Below are positions 30,125 through 44,277 of a stretch of 64,000 bases of DNA, piece after piece (position 1 is the stretch's first letter; each line of letters begins with the position of its first letter). Source of the DNA: Eledone cirrhosa (lineage: Eukaryota); NCBI GenBank assembly GCA_964016885.1, contig OZ024740.1:121768001-121832000 (forward strand), in the 5' to 3' direction. Made by a program: the position numbers and the translations under genes. The notes beneath the pieces are model-generated. The model was not told the origin of the DNA. It saw only the letters and a program-made list of their open reading frames with translations, and did not search any database.

Positions 30125-33100
30125 TAGGAACCACACGCGCATGTATGAAGACGTACAACTCTGCGGGGGGAAAGATTCGTAACTTTAAGTTGTTTTAAAT
30201 AATCATTTTTTGTATTTTCTTGGCGTTAACGAAGAATAGGGTACCCACCTTAATTCCAAGGAAGGGAGACCTCTCAATATTCGGGCTTTAAGCCCGAATA
30301 TTCAGATTTATTTTTAAAAGCTTCGAAAAGATCGCTTCCCCACAAAAAAAAATGGTATTTGCCGACCTTGAAACGGTAAACAACGTTCAGTTTAAAAGTT
30401 CAAAAACAGCCAATGTAGATCTCACCGCAACTACTACCACTACAGACATGCCTGTCGACCATTCAACTGAATGTGAAGGCAAAACACAAAAGTTACCATC
30501 ACAACCGCTCCCTTCTGTGATAGTAGCAGTATCATCTCAAAACAACATCACCGCCACCACCACCAACACCATCACCAAAACATCAACCCAAAACAACAAC
30601 CACGATAACACCAACAGCCTCAATGTAATCACGCATGGCGTTCGCAACAGCAACAGCAAACAAATCAACAACAACCACAGCAACAACAACAGGAAGAACG
30701 ACAACACCAACAACAACAGCAACAGTGGCACCACATTTGTAGCGGCAGCAGCGAAAACAAAGCGCATATTGAATGTTGAAATTAGCGATAAAGACGAAGA
30801 GTTGGCCCACGGGTGGAGGTTAATTAAACGGGAGGAGTCCTGGGCAAACCTGATTATCCCGGACGGGGCAATAGCGGCCATGCAAAGGAGGATGGTGTAC
30901 TTTCGATGCATTTCAGTGCAGACGTGCAAGTGTAACTTGCCAGCCAAGCAGAGGTCGAGGCTGCTTTGAAGTGCATCGGAAGTGACATAGAGTATAAAGC
31001 AAGGGCCTAGCAGTTTGGTACCATCTCGGTACTGTTCAAAACCGAGGTCTTTGCTATTATGCACTCGGTGACCCCCTGCAGAACGGAATGCATTATCGTG
31101 CACCCGTCCTACATGGGTAAAAGGACAGTAAAGGTCCGCATTCCCAGCATCCCACTAGTAATGAACATTTGGTGGATTCTGGCATGCGTAATTGAGGAAG
31201 GGACAGACACTACCCTCCTGGATGTCAAAAGTACAGAGAGAGAGAGACTGGTCCGGAATGGATTCGGATCTTTTTCTCCGAATGAAACCAGAGAACATGG
31301 ACAACATACCCGATTTTGCCCGCCTGCAGGACGAGACAACAATGCAATTAATCGCTGAGGCAAAAAGGCCGCACTGCTTCGTCTGCAGGTAAGCAACGCA
31401 TCTGCAAGCTTTCTGCCCTCAGCTCAAAAAGTTCAGGGGTTCGCAAACCACCTTTGTCGCCAACACCAGTGTCAGCACGGAAAGCTGCACCACCACAACC
31501 ACCACCAAAAACAACACCAACAATGACACGGGTAACAACACCAACATCAATAATAGTTGGACCACCACCACACCGAAACCAATCCAAGGGGAAAATGAGG
31601 AAAGCTCTCCCACTCCCCCCCCTACCCGTCCAATTATACACATAGACAAAACAATAAATGCACACACAGACACAGAGACACTCACATCCACATACCCTTT
31701 GTCTTCCGGCAGTGAAGATGAAGGAAAACCCTAAAGTGCCAAAAAACAAAAGAAAACACTCACCAAATAAGAGCCCTGACAAAACACAAAAATATACGCA
31801 ACAAAAAATACAGACACCACTAACGCAAACATTTCCCAATAACATCAACACCAACATCAACATCAATACCTCCAAAACCATCACCATCACAGTCACCAAC
31901 ACGAAAACAAATAAAACAACACCAAAAAACATTAAACACTTCGATAAATTGATGGCCCTCTTAGCACGAAAGGAGGACATCCAAACAGAGGCGGAAATCT
32001 TTGAATTGAACACATTTTGCGTGCCAGAAGATTTACTTCTAGTGCGAATGTCGCTCAATTCCTACAAAGAAATTTGAGAGAGTTTTCCTCAAGACGTGGG
32101 AACCCCGAACGTGAAATACACATCAAGACTTTTAAAGGGGTTCCCAAAATAAACCCCACCAACCATGGAGGTAGAACCACCCGACTTTCACAAGACCCCG
32201 GGAGGTAAGTAAACCTTCCCTCTCTCTTTTAGCTTGCAAACATGGCCATATTAAGAGTAGGATGTTTAAATGTTCACGGCCTGGGGTTTCCCTAGAAGCA
32301 GGGTCGCCTGCTCAACGACATCAGGTCTCTGGAAATGGATGTGATTTCCGTCAGCGAGACCAGGAATTCCGACACGCGCGCACTAGCCACCGTTTTCTAT
32401 GACTATTATATCTTCGCGTCTGTTAGAAGGCTGGGAATGAGGATGTGGGGTGGCAGTGCTGTTTAGGAAAGGTCTTGATCTCGAGGTATGGTCAATCTTC
32501 CGGAACCGGACGGTAAGTTGGCTGTCCTGGATGTGAGCAGTAGCGAAGGTGGTGCCTTTAGACTGCTAGCCGTCTACGCCCATACTGGGGCCGGACGACT
32601 GGACCTCTTTATGCGCCTGGAAACCTTTCTGTGTACGTCTCGCCCTCTACTGTTAGCGGGGGACTTGAACGGCATCTTAGACGCACGCTGGGATTGTGTG
32701 TGAGTAGCTGATAGGAGCGGGTGGTACAAAAGCCTCAAAAACCTAATCAGCCAGTTCCAACCGTCTGACAGCTATCGACTAGATTTCACCAATGCGCAAG
32801 TGTGGACATAGACCAGGCGCATAGGGTCATCTAGATTGTATATAGACAGCATCTTCATTAAGAAAATAGATAGAAATAGTTTAGGCTACCCAATTTTTAA
32901 AACGGTCTCCTAATCAGATCACAAATTTGTGATCTGTTTAGTCGACCTAGATAAAACGCGTAAATTGGGACCGGGTTCCTGGAAGCTGAACATGTCATTT
33001 CCGGCACGTAGGGCTTACAGGGACCGAGTCAACAATTTAATTAATCAAAAGTTGACCGGGGAGGGGGATCATCAACAACAGATGGTAGGGGGCTCTCAAA

Positions 33101-35900
33101 AGAGAGATGAGAGTAACGTCGATAGAGTTCAGCAAAGAACTAGTGTTAGAGAAAAATTGAAAGGAGTGGAGCTGGTAGATAAGTTAGACGAGGCTATTTG
33201 TAGTGGCTTTGCAACGGACGTGCTAGCGGCGAGAATGGCATTAGAACATTTCTTCAATGCGAAGCACGAAGGTTGCATTGTCAGAGCTAAAGCGCGTGCG
33301 GTGAGAAACGTGGGAACCAAAGATGTTCGATTGTCCCGCATGGCGGAGGCACAGCGTGGTAATACAACCACAATTAGGTCTTTGACGGACCGATATGGAT
33401 ACGAAATATACGATTCCAAGCGGTGGGTGAGGCCTTTCACCAGCTCTTTGCTCGGTTGTTCGGGGAGAGTGGCGAGTCAGGAAAGTTAGTGGATTTCAGG
33501 CCCTACCTTGACGGCTTGCCGCGCATCTCGACGGTCGACGCTGAGCGCTGCGAAAGGCCGATTACTTCAGGCGATATTCAGGACGCCCTTGTCGGCTGCA
33601 TGAGGCGCGATTCACCCGGTTTGGATGGCCTAGCCTATAAACTTTACGTAAATGTGCTAAACTTGTTCTCCGATCTCCTCGAAGCACTCTACTGCAACTG
33701 GCAGCAGAATGGGAGTATTCCCAGTACTGTGAGCAAGGTGAATGGTGATGCTGATAAGGAAAGACGAGAACAAGAGGGATACATTAGACAACTTCAGGCC
33801 CATAACTCTACTCAACACAGAGTTTAAGATTTTGGCCAAGGTGTTAGCCAGGAGATTGGTTGGGGAGGCGCAAACTTGTGCAATCCCAGCCAGGTCCATA
33901 CGCGAGAATCTCCACCTCTTGCGATACATCATATATAGGGTAGGGTTTAAACCTGGCTTGGGTGGGGCACTGATCAATTTAGATCAATCCAAGCATTCGA
34001 TAGGGTCAACCATCGGTATATGGAATTTGTCATCAAAGCCTCTAGCTTCGGCCCTGTCTTCAGAGGCTGGATTGCTGCAATGCACAGCGGCACACGCTCG
34101 GTGGTCAGGGTTAATGGCCACCTCTCGGAATTATTTCGGCACTCCCGATCGGTCCGTCAATGGTGCTCTCTCCCTTCCCTTCAGTACGTATTGACTCACG
34201 AGCCTTTACTGCGGAAACTGGACCTGTTGTAATGCATCCCACTCGAACAGGGACGTGAAAAAGCGGTGTTGGCTTATGCGGACGACATCACCGTGATGGT
34301 GTCGGACACATCAGAAATCGAGGTGGTCGGCACCTTATTGAAGGAATATGAAAGGTTGACAGGAGCCAAACTTAACCCAGAAAAGTCGGTGGGCTTGCAG
34401 CTCGGAACCTGGAGAGGCAAGCCTATGCCGTCCAACAGTGTCGTGGGGCGCTTGACGGACGGACCGGTAAAGTTGCTCGGAGTTTGGTTCGGACCATACC
34501 TCCAGGTGGAAAATAATCGGGGCGAGGTAACAAGCAGAGTAAGCCAGTCTCAGCCAAAAATGGGCGGGGAGGAAGCTATCACTGAAAGGTCGCGCGGAGG
34601 TGGCAAATGCGTACATCGGGTCCATCAACTACAACCGCCTGACCGTCGTGCCTAGCCTCCATCCGCGCCTCATAGGCTGGAACGGCTCCGCTTTAAATTC
34701 ATGTGGAAAGGACAGGTTCCGTTGGTGAGGCGGTCGATCTGCTGCCAGCACCCTCTACGCGGAGAGATGGGCATGTCCTGACTAATGATGCGCAGACATG
34801 CGCTGAGGCTGTGGCATCTCCAGATATTATGCCTAAACGGTTAACAGGTGTGGTCGCCTTTTATCAGACGGGCCTTTCCGCAGCTTGTTTCTTTGATTGA
34901 GTTGCAGTCCTGGGTCAAGAAGAGACCAAGAGTGGGTGACTGGCAGCTGGAATGTTGCTAGGCACTCACTGCCCTGTACCAAGCGGGTAATGCGATCAGT
35001 GGAACTTCCACTCTCGAGTTCTGTGAGGATTAGTGGTATGCAAGTGCGATGATGCACTCGGAGAAGCTTTGGGCCTCGACGATGTCGAACTGACCAGTCT
35101 GCACCGGAGGACTTTCGAGCCGAGGACGATGAACTGTTCCCAGAAATCCCTCGCTTAGCAGTGCTACCGGGGGGCACTGCAGGTTCGGGATAGACTCTAC
35201 AGACGCGGAAGTGCTGTCAGACGGATCTGCCCAAGATGCTTACAGAGCGACGAAAACGTTCTGCATGGACTTTCCAATGTCCGTGCATTACTGACTTGTG
35301 GAGTCATGTCGAACAGCTACTGCTACGTGTGGAACGGATCCGACTATCGGCCGAGTCCATAGTGCAGATCGACCCGCCGCCTTCCTTAGGTCAGGAAGAG
35401 CAGGCAATTGTCCTCTGCCTGGTGGCCGTTGCGAACGAGGTTATATGGTGGACCAGATTGAAAGGACTGAAGATAGACACATTTCTCTTCAGCCAATCCC
35501 TCATGAACTTCTTCAAGTTTCACCTGGAAATGAAGGTGAGAGTGGAGAGAGAAGTGCTCCCGACACCCCCTCCCAGTACATTTGCTAAAAGGTGCATGAA
35601 TGTGGCGAAAATGACCCGTGTGATGGGCCTAATCTGACCATGCGCCTATAGGCTAGCTAACTTGAGGAGAGGTGTGCTCTCCCTGGATGCCGTAGAAGCG
35701 CAGTGTGGTTCAGGATTGGTGTGGTACCTGAGTCACTCCTGGGTCGTCCACCCCCTCTAGGGGTATTTATTTTGTTATATTTATGCATAGTTTATTTTAT
35801 ATTATTATATCTTCATTGTTAAATTAGACTTGCCATTGGGCACTTTTACTCGACCTTATTGTAAACCATCACTTTCCCTGTCTTTGTATTGTCCCCTACA
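30125..35900 (+). mobile_element. Near full-length degenerate Tx1-clade LINE (ORF1 + APE-RT ORF2)
   Basis: ORF1 remnant 30352-32077 with CFVC...HL..FC knuckle; ORF2 from ~32241: GCLNVHGL, VYA, AGDLN, SDH, WKLN, SPGLDG, FRPITLLN, YADDIT, C-terminal zinc finger; many stops and frameshifts. Confidence 0.9.
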
Positions 35901-35904
35901 TGTC

Positions 35905-37800
35905 GGCCCTAGAGAGGGTGGTTAAGGAACCTGGCAAGGGTGGGGCCCTGATCAACTTGGATCAATCCAAAGCATTCGATAGGGTTGACCATCGGTACCT
36001 GGCGGCGGCCCTCGAGGCAGCCGGTTTCGGGCCCGTTTTCAGGGTGTGGATCGCTGCGATGTACAGCGACATCTCCTCAGTTGTGAGCGTGAACGGTCAT
36101 CTCTCGCAGTGTTCAACATCATGCGCTCGGTCCTCAGAATTGGACCCTCTTGTCCCTCTCGTACGTATTGGCTATCGAGCCGTTACTGCACAAACTCGGG
36201 GAGATGAGGGGCGTTCCACGCGAACTAGGATTCGGGAAATCCGAGTTGGCTTACGCGGATGACTTCACCGTGGCGGTGTCGAGCACCAGACATGTCCAGA
36301 TGCTCGGCACCGTTCTCAAGGAATATAAAGCGTTGACAGGAGCAAAGATAAACCAGGAAATGTCGGTGGGCTTGCAGCTCGTCACCTGGATAGGCAAGTC
36401 CATGCCGTCCGACAGCGTCGTGCTGCATTGGACGGACGGACTCGTTAAATTGCTCGGGGTCTGGTTTGGACCGGACCTCCAGATGGAGAAAAACTGGAGC
36501 GAGGTGACGAGCAAGGTGGCCTCCCTCAACCGAAATGGGCCGAGAGGAAGCTGTCCCTGAAAGGCCGGTGGAGGTGGTGAATGCGTACATCGCATCCGTC
36601 ATCTGCTACCGCCTCACCACCATCCGTTGCGCCCGCCCAACTCTCACCAAAATGGAGCGCCTCCTCTTCCGCTTTTTGTGGAAGGGACGCGCTCCCATGG
36701 TCAGACGACCATCTGCCGTCAACACCCGTTGCGTGGAGGACTGGGCATGCCATGGCTGATGATGCGCAATCATACCCTGAGGCTGCGACATCTCTAATGC
36801 TTCCTTGACGGTGAACAGATGCAGTCGCCGTTCGCCAGGCACGTTTTCCCACAGTTCGTCTCCTTGATGGAGCTGCAATCCTGGGTCCGGAAAAACCGAG
36901 GGATAGCGCTTGGAAACTGGAATGTCTCCAGGCGCTCACTGCCCTCTTCCAGCTGGGCACCAGTATCGGTGGAACATCCACCTCGGCGTTCTATAGAGGA
37001 CTAGTGGAGGGGAGGAGCGATAGCGTTCTCGGAGAGATCCTGGTCGTCGAAGAAGATCAGCTGTTTGCTCTCTTCCGGAGAACTTTCAGCCCAGGGCCTA
37101 TGGATAACTTCCAGAAATCCCTGGCCTGGCAGTGCTGCCGGGGAGCGTTGCCGGTTCGAGATAAGCTCTACAGACAAGGAGTGCCGTCAGCCGAGCCTGT
37201 CCGAAATGCGCGCAGAGCGACGAAACTGTCGTGCACTCACTCGTTCAGTGTCCGAGCATTGCTGACTTATAGAGCTATGCCGAACAGTTGCTGTCGCGTG
37301 TAGGACTGATCCGGCTATGGACTGAGTCCATTGTGCAGATAGTCTTGCCGTCTTCCTTCGACGAGGAAGGGCAGGCGGTTTTCAGCCGCCTGGTGGCCAT
37401 AACGAAAGAGATTGTGTGGTGGACAAGTTTGAAAGGGTTAAAGACATACTTTCCTCTTCGGTGAATCCCTAATTGACTTTTTCAAGTTTCACTTGAAGAG
37501 GAAAATCAGGGTGGAGAGGCAAGTGCTGCATTGTAGCAATTTTGTTGAAAGGTGGGTGAATGTACCGAGAATGGTCCGAGTGAACGGAACCGCTCTGAAT
37601 ATACGCCTGTACTTTGAGAAATGGTAAATTTGAGAGAGGGTGCTTGCCCTGGTGGTCAGGGTGGCCGTCGTCTTTTGTGTGGTTTTCGCCACGAGTAAAC
37701 CTCGGAGTTTTCCCCCCTATTGGGGAATTTTTCATTGTTTCAATTTTCATTTTTATTGTTTATATATATAGATATGATTCTATATATATATATGTTTCTA
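35905..37800 (+). mobile_element. Tx1-clade LINE, 5'-truncated, degenerate
   Basis: LINLDQSKAFDRVDH, YADDFT, LGVWFG and zinc-finger remnant. Confidence 0.9.
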
Positions 37801-37989
37801 TAGTTAGTTGTGTTGTCGTTTCTGTGTATATTTCCACTAGATAATAACAATGAGGCAGAGGAAAGAGACAGGAGCAACACTGAGAGACAGAGAAACAACC
37901 ATGAGGCTGTTGGTGGAAATAGAATTAGAAACAACAACAAACCTATATATAGCAATAGAACACACAACGCAGCCTGGACTCTATTTTTT

Positions 37990-40700
37990 ATAACCCTTCC
38001 GATATGTCCTTCGACCTACGACGAGTCCACGATACGACTTTCGCTTTTAACAAATGCACGTAATTGCCGTCGCAGGTCGATGAACAAACAGAAGAGGAAT
38101 TTAATATAGCTAGATCTAAACTTAGAAATATTATAGAACAGTATATCAAGAAGCAAAATAGAATGGAGGCCCAGCAACTGGGAGAATGAAATCTGCAAAT
38201 GGCTTGCGTAAGCTCATTCAGCGCTCACGTAATGGAGAGATTGCATGCTTTCCAAACAACAGACAAGTCTGGCAGAATGTTGGTTGACAGTCTGTAAAAC
38301 TACATCCAGGCAATGCAACCCCATATCACTAACACAAGAGAAGTAACACTACAAGAACATGAGGATAGGGAGAAAACACTCAACGCTCATATGATGATGT
38401 GGACAAACATAATGCAGCCCAATAAACGGACTGCCAACAACTTCCAGGCTTGGTACAATGACGTGCCAGTGTTGTATGGGCTTCGAAAAGACAATAAGAC
38501 GAACAGTGACCCAGTCACAGGACCACCAACACGGCCAGTGTGTGGAGCTAACATTGCTAGTAACTACAGACTTTCCTACTTCCTCTCCCTGATCGTACGC
38601 CCCATTATTGAAATGTCCCCGGATATATGTGACAGCACGGAGGACCTCCTCAGCAGAAATAACCGATCTAGGGACCTCACAGACTGTATAAAAGGTAGTA
38701 TGGATGTAGTGTCCCTATATCCATCCATTGACGGGAATTTTGAAGTGGAGAAATGCGTAGAAATGATTAGTGAGAGCAATGAATTCCGTGGGATTGATAC
38801 CAGTAAGCTGGGACTCCTACTTAAACTTACTTATAATAATGATTATCTAGATACGTATGACCTTAGCAACCTCTGCCCCACAAGGGCAGCAAGAGGCAGA
38901 CCATCTACCATTACCTCAATGGCCAAGAAAACCCACACAGAAAGATGGAACGGGTGAACGAGAGCCATACGGACCCCGAAAACCATGATGAACTAAAGAA
39001 AATGATTGCACATGCGGTGCGGTACAGTATAAAATTAACTCTTAAGTAACATATGTTCAAATTTAATGGAAAAACATATGCCCAAAAAGAGGGAGCAGCC
39101 ATTGGTGTTAGCATTGCAGGTGACATAGATAACCTATTCATGGTATGGCGGGACAATAAATTTAAAGAACAATTAGAAGACAGCAACCTCTTAACCCTGA
39201 TAATATACTCTCGCTACGTTGATGATATAAACATCGTAGTAAAAAGACGCCCACTAGAGAACAGTCAGGAATTAGAGAAAAACACCATGGAAAGCATCCA
39301 GAAAATAGCTAATCCATTACACGAGAGTATTAGAGTTACTATAGACTACCCAAGCAAACACCCCAACCATAGATTACCTGTACTAGACACAGAGCTCTGG
39401 TTAGAAACCATTGATAACAAAAAAACAAATGCTCCATTCCCATTATGCCAAACCCATGACTTCCAAATACCTGATCCACCGAATCTCACCTGTTTCAGAT
39501 CACACTAAAATCAACATACAGATTGCGGATTTAGTACGGGTGATGAGGAACGTGTTCCGCATGTGCAACCCCAAGGAACTAGAGAGACACATACAACACT
39601 TCATCCCCCGTATGCAGTTCTCTGGTTACAATCAGAGAGATAAAATAAGAGTATATAGTGGAGCCAGAACCAAATGGGAAAAAATGGTTAATAATGATAC
39701 AAATGGGACCTGCCCCTTGTGTAGGAGCAAATTTTGAAATAGAATAGAAAGAACTAGGAATAAGGTTAATAGAATAAACTCATTTTATGATAGCAATAAA
39801 TACCAGAGTGTAATGTTTACAACGCCTAGAGGTGAACTTGCTTACACATTTAGAAGGGCCCTACATAACCTTAAACTAAATATTAAGATAGTGGAAAGAC
39901 TAAGTACCTCCATAAAAACACATATTAGCAATACATACCCTTTTCAAAGACATCCCTGTATAGATAAGAAATGCATAATCTGTAAACTAAGTCCCCATAT
40001 TAACTTCAAAACAAGAAACATAGTATATAGCATAAGATGTACTGAGAGAAAATGTAAAGATAAGAATTTAGTGTACATAGGTAAAACAGCTCGTAGTATA
40101 GAATAACGATTAAATGAACACTGGCGAGAGCTTCAAGATAGAAAAAAATCATCAGTACTCCACCAACATGCTAAAATAGAACACAAGGGCAAATTAGAGA
40201 ACGTAGAAATAAAAATAAAATCTACACACAGAAAAGACGCAATGTTGGACAAATCACAGAGGCAATAAACATAAATGAACTCCAACCAACATTAAATAGA
40301 AAACATGAATGGAATAGCAACATCACAACTTACAATTAAGGACAAACATGAAAACAGACACACATAGAACAAACAACCAACTAGTAACATGTAAATAAAC
40401 AAACAAATAAACAAATACATAAACAAATAAAAACACACACAGACACCCGGATGTAACATATGCGCAAACTAAGCACACAACACACACAAAAATAAGATGG
40501 CGTAGGACAGAACAAAGGAGAGGCACAAAAAACAAAGAAATAATCCCCAGTCACTGAAGAGGTCACATATTGTGGGACGAAAGCACTTTGGCAATATATG
40601 AACAACCCTCCTGTTGTGCAACCAACCAACCAACCGACAATTTACAAATTTCTTAAATTTATAAATTTAATTTATAATAAATTGGAGTGAAGCATCTGGT
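37990..40700 (+). mobile_element. Degenerate Penelope-like element of a third family (Neptune/Nematis-like linker)
   Basis: GLRKDNK..PPTRPV, SMDVVSLYPSI, FKFNGKTYAQKEGAAIG, YSRYVDDI, LPVLD, C..KCIIC linker, NIVYSIRC..YIGKTAR. Confidence 0.88.
40550..40592 (+). ncRNA. Minimal type-I hammerhead in PLE 3' region
   Basis: GTCA-CTGAAGA-GGTCAC ATATT GTGGGAC-GAAA-GCAC-TT-TGGC; stem I GTCA/TGGC. Confidence 0.65.
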
Positions 40701-41227
40701 GCGTGTGTTTCTTATTAGCAACATGACCCTCCCAAAGTATAACAATATCGGTTTCAACACACGTTTTCAGATAAAGAATCTTGCCAAACAAATTCAGAAA
40801 CGAAATATATATATATATACATATATATAAACATTCCAGATTCCATTATAGATTTTCATTATATAAACCGTATGTATAACATGGAAGATACAGACAAGCG
40901 TACTTTCAGCAATCCCATCTTCTTCGCGTTGTTTTTCCTTCATTTTTACTTGTCTAAGACTTGCAATATTCTTATTTTTCATTTCATTTGATTCATCTTC
41001 CTAATTTTACTTTCTTTAGTCTCTTTACGGATGTACTTTTATTTCGCTACATCTGCTGCTCATTTCAATTATTGACGGTGCGTTATTGTTTTTTGTTTTC
41101 ATAGTTATCATAATAGCTGTGCTCAATAACATGCAAGTGCCCTCTGTTTTCCTGTACCTTACTAACAATATTCATTCACTTCTGCTTGTCCTTTGCTGAA
41201 TGTACCGCATGTTGTAGTAGGAAATAT

Positions 41228-41309
<82 letters not shown>

Positions 41310-41531
41310 TTCAGCAAGAGCATCAGTAATAAATGAAGCAGCAGCACAGGCAGTAGTAATAGTATTAATTATTTGTAGTAGAAGCCGTAGTAGCATCTGA
41401 AACAATTTTTCATTTTATATATTTTGCTGCTGTTGGTGTTGTTGTTGTTCCATTTCCCTCCTCTTTTGTTTAGTACTACTAGTACTACTAATATTAACAC
41501 CACCACCACCGCCACTACACACGCTATTACG

Positions 41532-41592
<61 letters not shown>

Positions 41593-42306
41593 TCCATCTT
41601 TCCTTTTCATTTAATCTTGAGAAATTCACTGTTGGAAGGAAGTCTTTAATAATTGCTAGCTAAAAGTCTTTCATCTCACTATCAAGACTGGAAGCTATTT
41701 TGAAAACAATTCACTCTATATTGATTGACTTGACACCAGTTAATGGAATCGGTTTATTATAGAAAGGAAATGCTATCATTCAACTGGCTGAAAAACGATA
41801 AAATGTAATAGATGCATACAGATATGGATTTTTCAACTGACATAAATCACAGGAACAAATATAGAGAAGAAAACCATATACTTCCTCGTTGACTACATAT
41901 ATATTACGTAATCAATTGTACTATAGTGAGGAAAACTGTATCTTATGAGGATCAATTGCTTTCTTTCATTCTTCCAGATCAATTTATTTTTTAAATAGCT
42001 GCAATTTTCTTTTGCTTTTTGACCAATTTATTCACACAGTGTTAGAAGAGTCTGGACAGTAATAGTGAGAATGTGAATTAAATGTTTAATAATTGCATAA
42101 ACTCATCGCTAGTTGTTCCAGTTAAACACTGCCGTTTACTATCTTCTTTTAATACAATATTACATCTTCACATCCATCAAATCATTCATTCATTGATTCA
42201 ATTCGTACGTATTTACTATAATCGTTACTTTCATTCTCAATATGAGTTATAACATAAATATCGATGGATAGATACGTAGATATTTTCATAGGTGTATACA
42301 TGTCAG

Positions 42307-42360
<54 letters not shown>

Positions 42361-42362
42361 TC

Positions 42363-42438
<76 letters not shown>

Positions 42439-42547
42439 TCTCTATATATATATGGTATTGGGATCGGTGCTCTGAAGTAGCGATGTTTACATGAATGTAT
42501 GTATAGTATATATGGCAATATACCGTATGTTTACTTAAAATAAATTA

Positions 42548-42726
42548 GAAGACTATACGCTATCAGTTTTAATGTAGTGACTTACTTCTTTTCGGCAAAA
42601 GAAGGGAGATAAACTGACAGTCTGTTCACGCTGGTTGGCGTTCATCAGAGCCAGATACACCACTGGTTTCGCCGAAAATTATAGAAGGTGGATTCTTATA
42701 GAATTACAGTAATAATCAGGAAATGA

Positions 42727-42730
<4 letters not shown>
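42548..42730 (-). mobile_element. Fragment of retrozyme-like family R1 with HHR (42612-42652)
   Basis: Homologous to 54051-54245; minus strand GGCT-CTGATGA-ACGC CAACCA GCGT-GAA-CAGACT-GTC-AGTT (one core A missing). Confidence 0.75.
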
Positions 42731-42814
<84 letters not shown>

Positions 42815-42921
42815 GTTAAAATACTGGAGTATGTTGGAGTTAAACACCCTCCTCGTATTATAGAAATGACAGTAAAAGGTATAGCTCAATGTAGTTAAAC
42901 AGAGCCGAAAAATTATTTTAA

Positions 42922-44101
42922 TTTTTTTAATTTCCGGTTGATTCTATTTATTTATTTTATTTTATATTTTATATTTTATATTTTATTTGTAATACTACTG
43001 TGCATTATATTTACTGTCTGGCACTTACTCACTCATCCATATACATGTCTGTCTACCAACCTTGTAATTATAAGTAATTATATATTATATTATAGTATAT
43101 TAATTTATTTTATATAATATATTATATTATATTGTATTTTTTATTGTAATATTGATCCTTATTACTTACCGTTAATTGTATGTAACATTATGATATGTTA
43201 AACTTTATATATCATGTAAGATGTTTGGACTTTTGTACCATCAACATTTTTTTGAGGTATTGTACAATTTATTTTTCCTCACCTACTCTGTAACCCAGTA
43301 TGAATTGATTTGTTAACTTGAGTACCTTTATATTGTTTATTATAAATGTTAGTATATTGTATATTGTAAATGTTAATATATTATTATTATATTATTATTG
43401 TGACATCTATATTGTTTGTGTAAATTAACCGGAGATTATCTATCCTATTATATTGTATTATATAGTATATAACTGTATTATTTATTATTTATTATATGTG
43501 CTACTTATAATTATATCATATTATTACCTCATGTATATTGGGTAGACGTATTAGTAATATTATTATTATTATTTTCATTCCTATCATGCTTATTTTTATA
43601 TTCAAACTCTTAATACGGTTTAATTTGTGCAGTTGAAGATGGATGTGTATATTGTTGTATGTGTATGTGTGTGTACGTGTGTGCATATATATACATATGC
43701 ATATTGTACCTTTTGATTTTTATTGTAATTTTAATGTTGGTAAAGGTATATTATATTATATTATATTATATTATATTACATTGTATTATATATAATTCCT
43801 GCTATATATAACCACCTTTGTTTAGCTCTAGTTTTTTTTGCTTTGGACTATATTTGTAATATGGTTCTTAATGTTATATACATCCTTAGTAATTTTTATT
43901 ATATATTTTTATTATTTTTATTATACATTTTTGCAATACTTTAGTGTATGTACACTCCATATTCTTCGGAGCTTCCGGCTGTATCTGCCGATATTACTTC
44001 TTGTTGTTTTAATTGCCCTGATGAGTCCTTAATAGGACGAAACATTGTCGGCTAATAAAGACTTTTGATGTATTGAAGGCTTCTTTGTTTTACTCTCTTA
44101 A
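42922..44101 (+). repeat. 5' pseudo-LTR
   Basis: Near-identical to 47688-48858. Confidence 0.95.
44015..44052 (+). ncRNA. Minimal type-I hammerhead ribozyme (canonical core)
   Basis: GCC-CTGATGA-GTCCT TAAT AGGAC-GAAAC-ATT-GTC-GGC, followed by TAATAAA. Confidence 0.93.
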
Positions 44102-44277
44102 TTTTTCGGCTCTGTTTAACTACATTGAGCTATACCTTTTAATGTCATTTCTATAATACGAGGAGGGTGTTTAACTCCAACACACTCCAGTATTTTAACC
44201 CTTGTCACTGCTCCCGATCGGTTGAGCTTCCTCATATATACTGGTATTTTGGCCTTTATATATATACATCTGACAGT

